A stretch of DNA of 64,000 nucleotides. It comes from Fonticula alba ATCC 38817 (lineage: Eukaryota > Protista > Nucleariida). Where the stretch lies: assembly GCA_000388065.2 (NCBI GenBank), contig KB932206.1. One strand, given 5' to 3'. Under the pieces are notes generated by a model. It was not told where the DNA came from and searched no databases. It saw only the letters and a list, made by a program, of their open reading frames with translations. Positions 12,271 through 25,187 of this stretch are shown here, one piece after another (within the stretch, counting starts at the first letter, position 1; the number at the start of each line of letters is the position of its first letter). A program made the position numbers and the translations under genes.

Positions 12271-13687
12271 GACGCCGGGCGCCGGGGGGGGGGGGGGGGG
12301 GCCGGGCACACCCACCCAAGGGTCGGATGGTGGCAGGCTCTCACCTAAGGGCGAGTCCGTTCCCGAAGAGAGTCGAGGGGCCGGCAGCGGCGGACGCCAA
12401 CCCCCCGCCCAGCCCTCTCGAGCCGGGTTCTGAGGACTGCCTCCTGACGACACTCGACGCGCGGCAACTGGCGGAAAAGCGAAGGGTGTGGCCTGTTGCG
12501 TCGGGGATGGCCCCTCCCCCCCCCCCCAGTCCCCCCGCCACCGCTTGGGGGCATCCTTGTAGCGGCCACACCACAAGCACACGCATGCACACACTTGCAC
12601 ACGGACAAACACCGTTGCCGCCGTAGGGAGGGCGGGAGACAGAGGGAACTCGGCTACAGGCGCGTGGCGCGGCCTCTCTCTCTCTCTCTCGCGGGCCCTG
12701 CGCAACGTCAGATAAAGGTGCTGGGGGGCGGGCGGGGGGGGAGGGAGATCCACGCGCACGCCAGCCGCTTCTGGCCTGATTCCCCAGCCGCCTTGGGCCC
12801 GAGCTGCGGCTGTTGCTGTTGCTGCTGCCCCATGCAGGAGGGCGGCGTGGGTCTTCTCTCGACAAACATATCACTCGCCCAGCTCCCGGCCGCGGCTCCC
12901 ACCCCCCTCGGGCCGACCTGGACACTCCTGGCGTGTGTGTCGGCAGCCCGGGAGAAGATGCCCCCACGGCGCACCCAGCCCTTGCCCCCCCCCCCCCGGG
13001 GGGGGGGGAGGGGGGCGAGCGGACGATGGAATCTACGTGGCGGGCCAGCAAAGTTGCCCCGGGCCGGGGCGGGTGGCGACCGCCGCCGGGGGATGGGGAT
13101 GCGCGGGTGGAGCCGGAGGAAAAGCCCCGGCGGAAGATCGCCCAAGCGCGGGCGGCCGGGCCAGGGCAGCCAGGCAGGGCAAGGGGGCGGAGAGATAGAT
13201 GCGCGCACCGGGGAGGAGCTCCAGAAAGATAGATTTGGGTAGGTTGCCGGCGCAAGATGTCACAGATGCGGCGACGGGGGACTTCCGGCAGGGCCAACGA
13301 GCAAAGCGGCCTGGAGCCCTCTGACGGCTTGGCAGCCCGGGGGTGATAGGGCCGGAGACTATCTCTCCCTTCCGGCCGGACGCCCTCCCGGGTGTCCCTG
13401 GCCAAGTGCGCCCCCCCCTCCCCCCCGCCTGCGCAGCCCTCTCCAGAACCCGTCCAGGCAGGTGGCCCCCGGGGGCGGCCGGCGGCGGGGCTCCACCGCA
13501 GGTGGGGGCTCAAACTCGCGGCCGGCCACGGCATTCCAGAGCTGGGCTGGTGGGAAGGCGGGCGGCTGGCCTGGCGCTTAGAGGATGTTCCAGTCGTCGC
13601 AGGGGCAAGGTGTGCAGGGACAGTCACGCCCCAGCCCCGCCCCGCCCCCCCCCCCCCCCGGCTGGGGGCGGAGGGATAGTGGTAGGG

Positions 13688-13725
<38 letters not shown>

Positions 13726-15336
13726 ATTTTGGAGGTGCCCGTCCGCAAAGATGAACGTCAGCTGGCAAACATGTTTATAAATATATGTTCACTTAAAAAT
13801 GTTGTCAATATCTCGCGCCCGGTGGTATCTTTGTCCCCGGAGGCGAGAGCCCGGGGATGTGTCCGCTGCTGGCGACGAGGGGTCGGCGGAGACGCAGATT
13901 CGGGCCAGATAGTGTTTGTTATTGTCTTGCCCGCCCGCCCGCCTGCGCGCCCCGCCCCGCCCCCGCGCCCACCGGTCGGGGTTGCCCTGCCCCGGGAAAG
14001 AGTGCCCGAACTGGAGAGGACATCCCACCGAAGGGCCGAGGCAACTGTGGCAGCCGAGCGAAGAAAACCAAGCGTGGGCCCATGGAAGGGGCCGCCTGCT
14101 CGTCGGTCTCCGCACACCGAAGCCTGCCCGGACTTAACCAATCTAGCAGCCGTAATCGCTCCGCCCCTCTTTCTCGGCCTGGGGGCCCTCTCGGCCAAAA
14201 GAGGCCCGGGAAAAAAGCACCGGTGAGGTGTACGAAATGGCCCGTCCCGAGGCAGGCTGGAATGTGCCCCCGCCCCCCCCCGTCTTGGCCCATCTCCCGG
14301 AAGCCACCCGCCGTGCCACCGCCACCACTGCCACCACCGCCACCACCACATCATCCCGGCCGGGGTGGAGGACGTTGTTGCCGTGACGCCCACTGAGCGG
14401 GGGCGGGGGGGATGGGGGCCGATCTCCCGGGGAGGGGCGAACGATCTGATGGGACGCTTCGAGAAAAGGGTTGTCGGCCGGAGTGACGCGCTTCAGGGAA
14501 AGTGTTACCCCAGTCCTCGGCCTTTTTGAGAGGGACATGGTGGCTGCGCGTCCGCGCCCCTCGCAGGCCGCCGACGGATGGGCGCCCAAAAGACAGCCGC
14601 CGGAGCAGACTGCCCCCCCCCCCCGGGGGGAGGGGGGGGCGGCGGGGGCAGGCTCACCGGTCGAGGGATTTTGCGCTGGGGCCACAAATGGCGACAGGTA
14701 GCTGCTATTATCTCGTCGTGCGGCCCCTCCTCGGCCTGTTTACTTTGTGCCGCCGGCCGGGCCGGGCCGGGCCGGTCGTCGGGTGGTAGTCCACCCCGAA
14801 GGGCGTGCCGGGGGGAGGGAGACCAGCGCTGAATTTTATTTCATCCGCCGACAACTGGGTCTCTATCCCACGGCGGGTCTGTTCTTTGTGACGCCCCCCG
14901 GCCCCCACCCCCGGCCCAGGAACAGGGGGGGGGGGGGGGGGCGGAGGCCGAGGCAGTCTGTGAGCTTGGCCGAGGGCCTAACGCCGTCTCAGCCAGCCGA
15001 AGGATGTGCCCCGTCTTTCGGCGGGCCGAAACCAAACCGCGTAGCATGCCCGGGGGGGGGGCTTCTTCTCTCCGTGCTCGGGACCTCTTTCTCTCGTGGA
15101 TGGCCTTCTTCCGGCCTTGCTCCGGCCGCTGGCCGGGCGGGCAGCGCGTCCCCTCCGGCCCAGCGTCCCCTGGTGGCGGCTGCATCTCCGCAGCCACAAG
15201 CACTGGCAGTCGGGTGCACCTGTGGAGTGCCGATGGTCCTGATATTTCGAAAGGGGAAAGCACCCGCAAAGAGCATTGACCGGGGCTGGATCGGGCAGCC
15301 CCTCGTTCCTTGGGGGCCCTGTTGCACTCGCCCTCC

Positions 15337-15339
<3 letters not shown>

Positions 15340-15386
<47 letters not shown>

Positions 15387-15450
15387 TCCCTCTCCCTCTC
15401 TCTCTCTCTCTCACTCTCTCTCTCTCTCTCGCTCGCTCGCTCGCTCGCTC
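15340..15450 (+). repeat. Compound (CT)n/(CTCG)n microsatellite, intergenic
   Basis: Direct reading. Confidence 0.85.
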
Positions 15451-17415
15451 TCCTTGTCGCCTTTTCCCACCGGCCCGAACGTCCGCCCCGCGGCCGGTGC
15501 TCCCCCGTACTCAAGCCCCATCCCCTCGGGATCTGAAAGGAGGACTCCGCGCACGTACACCGCCATACACGTACACCACGGACATAGACGCTTGCACATA
15601 CCGCCTGGACGTCTCTCGAGGCGATCGGGGATCATGCCACGAGGAGCACCCCGCCATCTGCACGAAATGGCCGTGCCCATGTTGCGTGTTAGTGGTGCCC
15701 TCCCTGCCTCAGGCTCGGGGTCCACCATGGCCCCTTGTCATGCACCTCTCGCCCCCTGGCTCGGCATGCTGCGCCCCACCGTCCACAGGCCCTTAATTGT
15801 GGCCCCACGGGTCCAGGAGTACCCCCCCCCCCCCACCTCCCTCTCTGTGTACGAGGGGCGGACGTTCATGTGTACCGCGCGCGCGCGCCCTGGTCGACTG
15901 GTGCGGCAGATGGGCCGCGCCTGATGGCGATCCTTCCTCGACAAGGGGCAAGGGGGCGCCGGATCACGGTCCGAGAATGTGCCTATCCCCGGCCGGGGCT
16001 GGGCCGCCCTGAGACACTACTGCCCCGTATTCGGAAGGCAGACGTGCCCCTCGCCCCTCCGCCCGCCCCTGCCGGAGGCGGCCCCGGCGTTGTGCCATCC
16101 GCCGCACTCACCGCCGCCTCGCCGTTGCGTCTGAGCCCAGTCGGAGAGAGATACACAGCCCCCCTCCTGTCGCTCTCACGTACAGGCGACGGAATATCGC
16201 AGAGACACACACACACACACACACACCCCGCCAGCCGCCTGCTGGTCGCGACACACCGACGTGCCCAAAGAAATAGACCCGCGCGTGCGTGCACGCCTCG
16301 TCCACGGCGCACGCCTGCACATGCCCCTCCCAGCCTCATGCACACGCCCACCATACGCCCGCGATCCCCCGCCCCCAAGATCAAGCATCAGCCACTGGCC
16401 AAGCAGGCGGTGGAGAGTATTCCACACACCCACATTCACATCCCATGATGCCCCCCCCCCCCNNNNNNNNNNGAGGGTGCAACCATAAACCCCATAACCC
16501 CGGGGATGAGGGGCAATGGTCTGCGCGCACATCCCACACAACCGAATGCGATGCACCCCCTCAGCCAGAGGACCCGAAAGAGAGGCACAGCGGGCCCGAG
16601 ACACCCAAAGCAAGGTGCGTGTGCGATGCCCACCCCTGGAGCCGCCTCGTGTACTTGCCCATGCCGCAGTCCCTTCCTCCGTCCACCCGCCGGGACACGC
16701 TCAAATGCACGCATCGGCAGTTATGGCCACACACACACACACATGTCGATAAACTGCTCCTGCCCATGCCCCGCCTGACTGTCCGTGACCCCCCTACAAC
16801 AGGCGCGCTTCCGCCGGACTGCGTGCTGCATTCCTCGCATGGAGGCCCCCGCGGACCGTTCCACCGGAGAATGGGTGTTGCTTCGGGCCCCGGAGGTGGA
16901 TTGAGAGCCGCCCACTCACACTGGGTTGCCCTCTCCCTCTTGAGAGGGCCCTGCCCCCCCCCCCCCCCCTCCGCGCACCGGCACACAAAACGAAGCATCG
17001 AGACAAACGCAGGGAGGGCTCTAGGCAAAGTACATTGGTGTATGCCCACAAGGAGAGAAGTGTACATGGACATTTTTGTACATATATGTTCGTGTCCATG
17101 CGTGCGTGTGTGTGCGCGCGCACGTTTCCGCGCGGAAGGGGTAGGCACATCTCGCACCATACACGAGGATGAGATGGTGAAACAAGGACAAAATATGCGC
17201 CAGGGCGGCCATCCTTCTTTCCCCATTGGCCGGCCTGCCCTCGGGTGAAGGGGCAGAGCGGAGGAGGGGAGAAAGGAAGGGGAGGAGGACTGGCACATGG
17301 GCATGCACTGAGTGAATACATGCCACAGGCAGGTGTGAAGAGGGGGAATGGAAAGAGAGAGAGAGAGAGAGAGGGAGAGGGGGAAAATCCGCCCCCCTCG
17401 CGCTCTCGGTCGGTC

Positions 17416-17569
17416 TCACTGCGGCACCGAGGCCAGGGCCACGGGATGGCGGTTGGCGGTGCCACCAGTCGCATTGACCGTGCCGGATCCGATGTCAGTG
17501 TCGCTACTGATCCGGAGATGCCCCGAGAAGGAACGCAAGCAGCTGCCGGTGCTGGGCCCGCTGTTGTTG

Positions 17570-17604
<35 letters not shown>

Positions 17605-19795
17605 TAGCTGGTGCTGGTGCTGCGCGTGCTTCTGCAGATCGTGCCCGGCCACGGTCAAGTCCTCCGGTGTCGCGTGCTGGTGGTACTGGCGCAGGAGCTG
17701 GAGAGTGGCTGCAGCCGGAGGCGGCCCACCATCCTCGGCCGTGGCGGCAGCCCCGCCATTGGAGGGGTTCACCGATACCACCATCGTCGAGGAGGGCATC
17801 GTCCGGGGCAGGCTGGCTGACTGGGCAGCCGAAAGCGGGGACCCGGGCGGAATGGGGCTCCCCCCATTACCACCGCCACCATTCCCAAGCAGGGAGGAGA
17901 AGGAGGACTCCGACGGATGGGACAGCTGCTGCTGGTGGTGCGGGGTGGGCAAATGCGCGGACACCGGGGCCAGGGATGAGCGCCGCGGCTGGACGATGAA
18001 GATTTGCCGGTGGAGCCGCACCCGTGGCGAGGTCCCGCTCACCAGAGACGAGGTGATCGAGGGCATGAGCGGACTTGGTGAGGGGCTGCGCGCACGGACC
18101 GGGCTCGAGCCCCCACTGGATGTCTGACTGCCGCCGGTGGTGGTCACCGGGGAGGGCATCAGGCTGACAAGGCCGCCACCGGCGCCGGTGGCCCCGCCCA
18201 CGGCGGCCATGGTGGCCGAGGACACCGAGGACGCCACAGACGGCGCATAGGAGGACGCCGGCGAAGAGGGACACACCCCGGAGGCCGAGGATGACGAGGA
18301 GGCCGAAGAAAAGGCCGCCGCCGCATACTGGGCCGCCTGCTGCTGATACTGGACCTGATACTGATAGGGGTGAAGGAAGTGTGATGCCGGGGCGCCGGAC
18401 GACATGCCGGGCAGGTGGTGATAGGCGCCGGTCGTCGCCGAAGCCATGCCACCCGCGGCGGAGGGCGTCGTGCTCAGGGGAACCGGCGGGCCGGCCGCCG
18501 GCATGGCAGACACGGCGGCAGTCGCCGCCGCCGCCGCCGCGGCCACATGCAGCGGCGATGGCCGCCCCTGCCCACTGGAGCGCTCTTGCTCCAACATCCG
18601 ACGGAAGCGATCCGCCTGGGACACCGCCTCGCGAAGCTGGGTCGACCGTTCACGAAGCTGGGCATCGCGCATGGCCAGATCCTGCGTCAGGGTGGCCACC
18701 TCCGCGCGGCTGGCATCCAAATCGGCCTGCCGCGCGGCCAGCATATCCTGCATGAGGTCTGCGCGGGCCTGCAGGGCAGCCACCTCGTCATCCCGTGCAC
18801 GGAGGTACACCAAGCACGCCTGCAGGTCATTGTCCTTGGTGGCGAGGCTCCGCGTGAGCCGGGCCACCAGGTCTTCCTGCTGGCGGTTCAGCAGCAATGC
18901 ATCCTGCAATTGCCGCCGCAGCTCAGCCACAAAGGCATTCGGCGGGACCATGGCCGTGGTGCCGAGGGGGCCACCGGTCGCGGCGGCGTTGGGGCCCGAG
19001 GGCCGTGACTCGTCCACGGTGGGGGACGAGGTGGTGATGTTGAAGGAGCCGCTGGCAGTGGTTGGGGCATCGTCGCCCCCACTGTGGTGAGTGACACCAA
19101 TGGCCGGGCCCTCGGCGCCCGGCGGCGCCGATGGCGAGGCCGACGCGGCGGCCGCCGCCGCGGCCGCCGGCGACGGGACCAACGACACGACCATGGATGC
19201 ACCGCCATCTTCCGAGGAGGATCGCGAGGAGGAGCGCTCCCGGATCGGATGGCGACCATCATCAACAACGTACGTCCTTCCGGAGGACAGCCCGGCCGAG
19301 CAGGAGGAAGAGCAGGAGGAAGAGCAGGAGGAGGCACCAGCGGCCGACTCATCATCGGAGGTCAGGCAGCCGTCCTCCAGGAAGTCCAGCCGCGGGCTCG
19401 TGGTAACCAGGGTGTCGGAGCTGGGCGATGACATGCCCCCGGCCAGGGCCAGCTCCTCGTCGGCCTCCAACGCCTCGAACAGGTCGGCCAGGACGCTGCT
19501 GGTGGCACTCTGGCCATGGCTGTGAGGGTCGTTCAGTGGGGCCACCAGCCCGGCACCGGATGCCGACCCGAAGGAGGACGTGGTCGAAGAGGCCGAGGCA
19601 TGGGAAGAGACCGTGGTGGTGGTGGTGGAGGAGGAGGAGGAGGAGGAGGCCGCGGGGTGGGCATTGGGGGCATTGTTGTAGGACGTCAAAGCATCACCAA
19701 GCGACGGGTGATAGTAACTGAGGAAGGGATCCGAAAGGGCTACCAAAGGACAGCGGGACCGGGTCAGTCACATGGAGAGGCGCGAGGTAGGTGTA

Positions 19796-19850
<55 letters not shown>

Positions 19851-21202
19851 AAAGGGAAGGGAAGGGGGGCCCAAAGAGCGAGACAAGCAGGCTGCGCGTA
19901 CGACTGAGTGCATCAGCCTCCTGCTCAGATGGCAATGGTCCGCCCGGCAGGGGGACGGTCGATTCGGAAGCATGGCGGGAAAAGCCCCCGGAAGAAGCCG
20001 CGCGATTGATGAGCATCGACCCCGGGCCCGGGATGTCCGGCGGATGGAGGGATTGGGCCGATGCCGGGGCCGTGATCGATTCGACCAGGCTCGCCAGGGA
20101 GGAGGAGACATCGAGGTCCGGAATGAGCGGCGCCACGGCCGGCAAAGAGGTCGGGCCCGTGAGAGAAGCAGTTGCGGCGGTGGCCCCGGGGCCGGTGGCT
20201 GCGGCAGCATTACGGCCGATTGACCCGGGGGCGCGCGCGTGTGGCGAATCCGGACTGAAGGGACTCACCGGGATGGAGATGGACAAGTTCGGCCTGGAGG
20301 AGGGTGACCGCGGGGAAACCAGCGACCCGGCACTCGGCGGGCCGCCAACATTCAAGCTGGCATTGGAGTTGGAAAGCTTGAGGGGGGCCGGCGTCGAGGA
20401 CAGGCGCCGTGGAAGGGACGCCGGAGCAGGCGACGGGGCCAGGGCGGCGGCGGCGGCGGCGGCTGCTGCTGGTGCCTGGGTGTTGGTCGGGCTGATGGGC
20501 CGTGGCGGAAGGATGGTCGAGGCGTCGGTGGGTCGACGCTTGCTGGCCCCGGCCCGGCGGTCCTTGGCCGTTTTCCGGTCCGATGGCCCGGGGGATGAAG
20601 ACGTCTTGGAGGTGGTCAGGCCGGCCTTGGCCTCGCGACGGAGGCGTCGCTGCAGGGCCAAGTAGTGCTGATCGCAGTAGGGGCGATTTTCATGGCGATA
20701 GAAGGGCCGATTGGCCAGGGAGATCCGACAGTCCGAGCTACGAAGACCCAAAGGCGAGCCGTGACCGAGGGGCGAGGGGAGGGGGGGGGGGGGGGGGGGG
20801 GGGGAAGGAGGGAGGCGCGAAGAGGCAAGGCAAGGAGGGCAGCCGGGCCGGGGCAAGCACACAAGAGGGCGGGAGTGGTTAGCCCAGGAAGTCCATGGCC
20901 CGCACACAAGAGACAGCCACTTGGCCGGGGCAGAGCGTCACGAACCAGGCAAAGTGATCCGGGTGCCAGGTTTCCCCCAGAGCATGGACAATGCGATCAA
21001 TGATGGGCTGCTGGCAGCCGAAGCAAATGAGAAACCCGTTGGCATGGTCGGAGGAGCCGGAATCGGGGCCGCTGGTCGAGGAGTCCCCGGTCACCGGGGA
21101 GGAAGCCAGCGCCGATGGCGGCGTCGGCAGGGCAGGGGCATCACGGCCGACGGACGCACCGGCACCGTCGGCAAACGGCTGCGTGAGGGCGTCGGTCGAC
21201 AT
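17416..21202 (-). CDS. LIM-domain protein with long Ser/Ala/Pro-rich disordered regions and a ~120-aa coiled coil; exons 21202-20946, 20737-19902, 19739-17416 (~1138 aa; the true start may lie in the adjacent gap)
   Basis: Splicing 20945..20738 builds a complete LIM: CFGC-x17-HPDHFACSDC-x17-CDQH. Intron 19901..19740 (GTACGC donor, GACTGAC branch, TAG acceptor; phase 1 on both sides) joins the LIM ORF to the 776-aa ORF, whose listed start is only TTG. A heptad-rich segment lies at ~18575-18940. Confidence 0.8.
19799..19848 (+). repeat. (GT)n microsatellite inside the LIM-gene intron
   Basis: Direct reading. Confidence 0.85.
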
Positions 21203-21221
21203 GCTGCCTTCTCGGGGGGGG

Positions 21222-22056
21222 NNNNNNNNNNNNNNNNNNNNNNNNNNNNNNNNNNNNNNNNNNNNNNNNNNNNNNNNNNNNNNNNNNNNNNNNNNNNNNN
21301 NNNNNNNNNNNNNNNNNNNNNNNNNNNNNNNNNNNNNNNNNNNNNNNNNNNNNNNNNNNNNNNNNNNNNNNNNNNNNNNNNNNNNNNNNNNNNNNNNNNN
21401 NNNNNNNNNNNNNNNNNNNNNNNNNNNNNNNNNNNNNNNNNNNNNNNNNNNNNNNNNNNNNNNNNNNNNNNNNNNNNNNNNNNNNNNNNNNNNNNNNNNN
21501 NNNNNNNNNNNNNNNNNNNNNNNNNNNNNNNNNNNNNNNNNNNNNNNNNNNNNNNNNNNNNNNNNNNNNNNNNNNNNNNNNNNNNNNNNNNNNNNNNNNN
21601 NNNNNNNNNNNNNNNNNNNNNNNNNNNNNNNNNNNNNNNNNNNNNNNNNNNNNNNNNNNNNNNNNNNNNNNNNNNNNNNNNNNNNNNNNNNNNNNNNNNN
21701 NNNNNNNNNNNNNNNNNNNNNNNNNNNNNNNNNNNNNNNNNNNNNNNNNNNNNNNNNNNNNNNNNNNNNNNNNNNNNNNNNNNNNNNNNNNNNNNNNNNN
21801 NNNNNNNNNNNNNNNNNNNNNNNNNNNNNNNNNNNNNNNNNNNNNNNNNNNNNNNNNNNNNNNNNNNNNNNNNNNNNNNNNNNNNNNNNNNNNNNNNNNN
21901 NNNNNNNNNNNNNNNNNNNNNNNNNNNNNNNNNNNNNNNNNNNNNNNNNNNNNNNNNNNNNNNNNNNNNNNNNNNNNNNNNNNNNNNNNNNNNNNNNNNN
22001 NNNNNNNNNNNNNNNNNNNNNNNNNNNNNNNNNNNNNNNNNNNNNNNNNNNNNNNN
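21222..22056. other. Assembly gap (N), may hide the 5' end of the LIM gene
   Basis: Run of N. Confidence 1.
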
Positions 22057-23824
22057 CCCCCCCCTCTCTCGCCTTCTTTCCTGAGCCTCCTCCCTCTCTC
22101 TCACACACACACACGCACATACAGCACACACCCGCCGCCTAGTTTGCGGGATTACTTAGGGCGCCTGGCGGCCTGAGGCGGGCACCGCCATGCATTCAGG
22201 GGCGCCGAGTTGGGGCCTGCCACAGGGACAGGCCGACCGAGCAGAGGCCTGCAACGGAGCGACCCCACCGAAGTGAAGCCCGGGCGGGTGGAAGGCGCGG
22301 CCTGTGTGCATGCTGCTCATGATATACTGCCGCGCCATTTTCCCGGCTCCTCCCTCAGTCGGCGGGGATTCGGGGCGAGATCTGCCGGCCGGTCCCGGGG
22401 CTGGCGGACGACCCTTCGGCGCCGATGGTGGGGCCGGCGGTGCAGGCCGGCGCGGGTCAGGGCCGGCCAGAGATTAAGCGGCGGCTGTGGGCGCGCGCGC
22501 GCGCGCGCACGCCAGCGCCCTGCATGAATCCAGTCCCCCTACGGCCCGGCCCCATTGCTTCGGGGTCCGTGTGCCTGCCTGCATGGCCCCCAACCCTTGC
22601 CCCGGCTGCGGCGCCCCCTCCTCCCTCAGCCACGAAGGCGGGTGAAACGGCCCCCGGCTCCGCCGGCTCTCCCCGCGCGCCCCCCGCCCCCCCCCCCCCC
22701 GACCCTGGATGCGTGCGCGGTGCGTCACTGTGGACAAAATAACAACACCGCCTCAGGGCTCGCGTCCCGGCTCCCTCCACACCTCCTCCGCGCCCGGCCC
22801 CGCCCCGGGGGTGGACGCCAACAACAACAACAACAACAAAAACAACAAGTGCGACAATAGCTGCGGCAATATTGCCAGGTGGGGCAGGAGCGGAGTGGGG
22901 GACAGAGTCAGTACTCCCTCATGGGGAGCCCTCACGACCGGGCGTGGTCGGGAGGACCATCTCATAATGGGATGGTGAGTTTGACCATCGGCTCACATGC
23001 GCTCCAGGCGTTGCAAGGAGGGGGTGGCCGCGCGATCAGGCCCAGATTGGTGTGCTGGAAGATGGGCGTGAGCGTCTCCGCGCTGGCGCGTGCATGCGTG
23101 GGGTCGCATGCACGCGGCCGGGGGTCGGGGCACAGAATCGTCCCGGCAGCTGGGGCCCAGGGGAAGACACATCGCAAGCGAGAGAAAGAGAGAGAGAGAG
23201 AGGGAGAGAGAGAGCCACACACACACATGCGGCCCGAGCCGGACAGCAAGGCGCAGGGCAGCGTGGCGGGAACGCGGCATCCGAACTACGCTTCAAATAG
23301 CGGGCCACATCCGGCGGGAGAAGCACTGATCGGCGGGACTCCGCTGGTAAGTCGGGGCATGGATGCGCGTACGTCCTCACAGACACACACACGCACACGC
23401 ACACGCTCACGCACTGAGGCACCCTGTTTTCGAGCTGGGGTGGCATTGTTTTTCCCGCCCTTGATCGGCGGCAGCACCCCCCGCCCTGCACGGCGCTCGG
23501 CCCGGAGACAGGGCGATGAAAAAAATGCGCTGCCCTCCCGACAGTCAGGGCCGGAAACCTCAATCGGGCGCGGCCGCGCACCCTTGGTTGATTGGGGCCC
23601 GCGCTCTGTTCGCGCAGACATGTGCCCGGGCGCATGTCTGCCCTGCCGGCCGTGTACCGAGGGCGGGCACACGGCGTTGCGCTCGGGTTTCCGAGGAATC
23701 GCCCTCCCTCGGCTGGCCCCCTCCCGCCCTCGCTCGCCCCTCGGCGGCATGCTTCGCTCCCCTGGGGCGAGGGGCGGGGGGAGCCCCCACGGCTGAGCTC
23801 GCGATGGTATCCCGGAAGCCCCGG

Positions 23825-24005
23825 NNNNNNNNNNNNNNNNNNNNNNNNNNNNNNNNNNNNNNNNNNNNNNNNNNNNNNNNNNNNNNNNNNNNNNNNNNNN
23901 NNNNNNNNNNNNNNNNNNNNNNNNNNNNNNNNNNNNNNNNNNNNNNNNNNNNNNNNNNNNNNNNNNNNNNNNNNNNNNNNNNNNNNNNNNNNNNNNNNNN
24001 NNNNN
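23825..24005. other. Assembly gap (N)
   Basis: Run of N. Confidence 1.
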
Positions 24006-25154
24006 CGTGGGGAAGAGGGCCGGAGCCGGCTCGGTCCGGGGAGAGGACCCTTCACCTGAGGGGGACCCCTGCGCTGGCTCCTTTCCGGCCGGGTGCACCC
24101 CTGGGCCCTGGGGCCCATGCGTGCGCGTGCGTGCGCGTGTGCAGGTGTTTGTGGTGGCGCCTTCTCGTGTGCCCGGAGGCCGGACCTGGCCCGGGGCGGG
24201 AGGCGTCGGCAAGGGCGCGGCCCGAGGGCCCGAGTCATAGCCGCAGCAGCACAGGCGTTCCCCTGCGCCGGCTGATGCCGCCAGTTGCCGCCAGGCTGGA
24301 GGGGACGGCCGGCGGGCCGGCGGGCCGGCTGGCCGAGGGGGGGGGGGGGGAAGGGGCGAGCTGGCCGACCTCGACCGGTCCCTGGCATGAGATGCCGGCC
24401 GAGGCCGGCGGCGGTCGGGTCCCAGCCGGCGCGCGATGAGTCAAACCCGTACACGCACATGCAGACTCACCGCCACCTTCACCTCCCGGCCGACCCAGGA
24501 CAAGAGAGAGGCACCGACGTGCCGAGAGGCCCTCGACACGCGCTCCGACTGAGGCCCGGGCAAGGCCGCCACCAGCACGGGGGCCGGGTTGCGTGGGGGC
24601 GGGCTTCCCTCGCCCCCCCCCCCCCCCCATCCGTCCCGTCGTGATGGGATCTTCTTTTGTCGGGCCTCTCCGTGCCGGGGGCGGGCCCCGGGAAAGAAGT
24701 TCGCGAGGCGCCCCCGCCGCCTCCCCCCCCCCCCGGCCGGCTGCCCAGTTTCCGGCAACGGCCAAAGAAGTCCCTCCTGGCCGGCGAACTGTTTGTCCCC
24801 GGCCATGTAGGTGCGGGAGGGTCTCCACACGCTTCGGCCCGTGCGCAAGCGTGCGCTCTGGCACCCGGGCTCGGCGTCGTCGGTCCCCGAGCGAAGATCC
24901 CTGCCAGGACCCGCCAGGGCGGGCCAGGAAGGGGGGTGGGGGGGGGGGGCGGGGAACACCGCCAGCCGGGCGCTGCCGCCACAAGCTTAACACAAGCGCC
25001 AACATACGGGGGAAGGGCGGTGGGGCGAAGGGACAGCGCGGGGCCCGAGCGGAAGGGGCCAACGGTCGAAGAAATCTCGCACTCCCAGGCGGCCAGACGC
25101 TGACCTTCCGGGCGTTCCCCGGCCGCAGGGCCTCGGTGCCTGTCCCCGGAGGCT

Positions 25155-25187
<33 letters not shown>

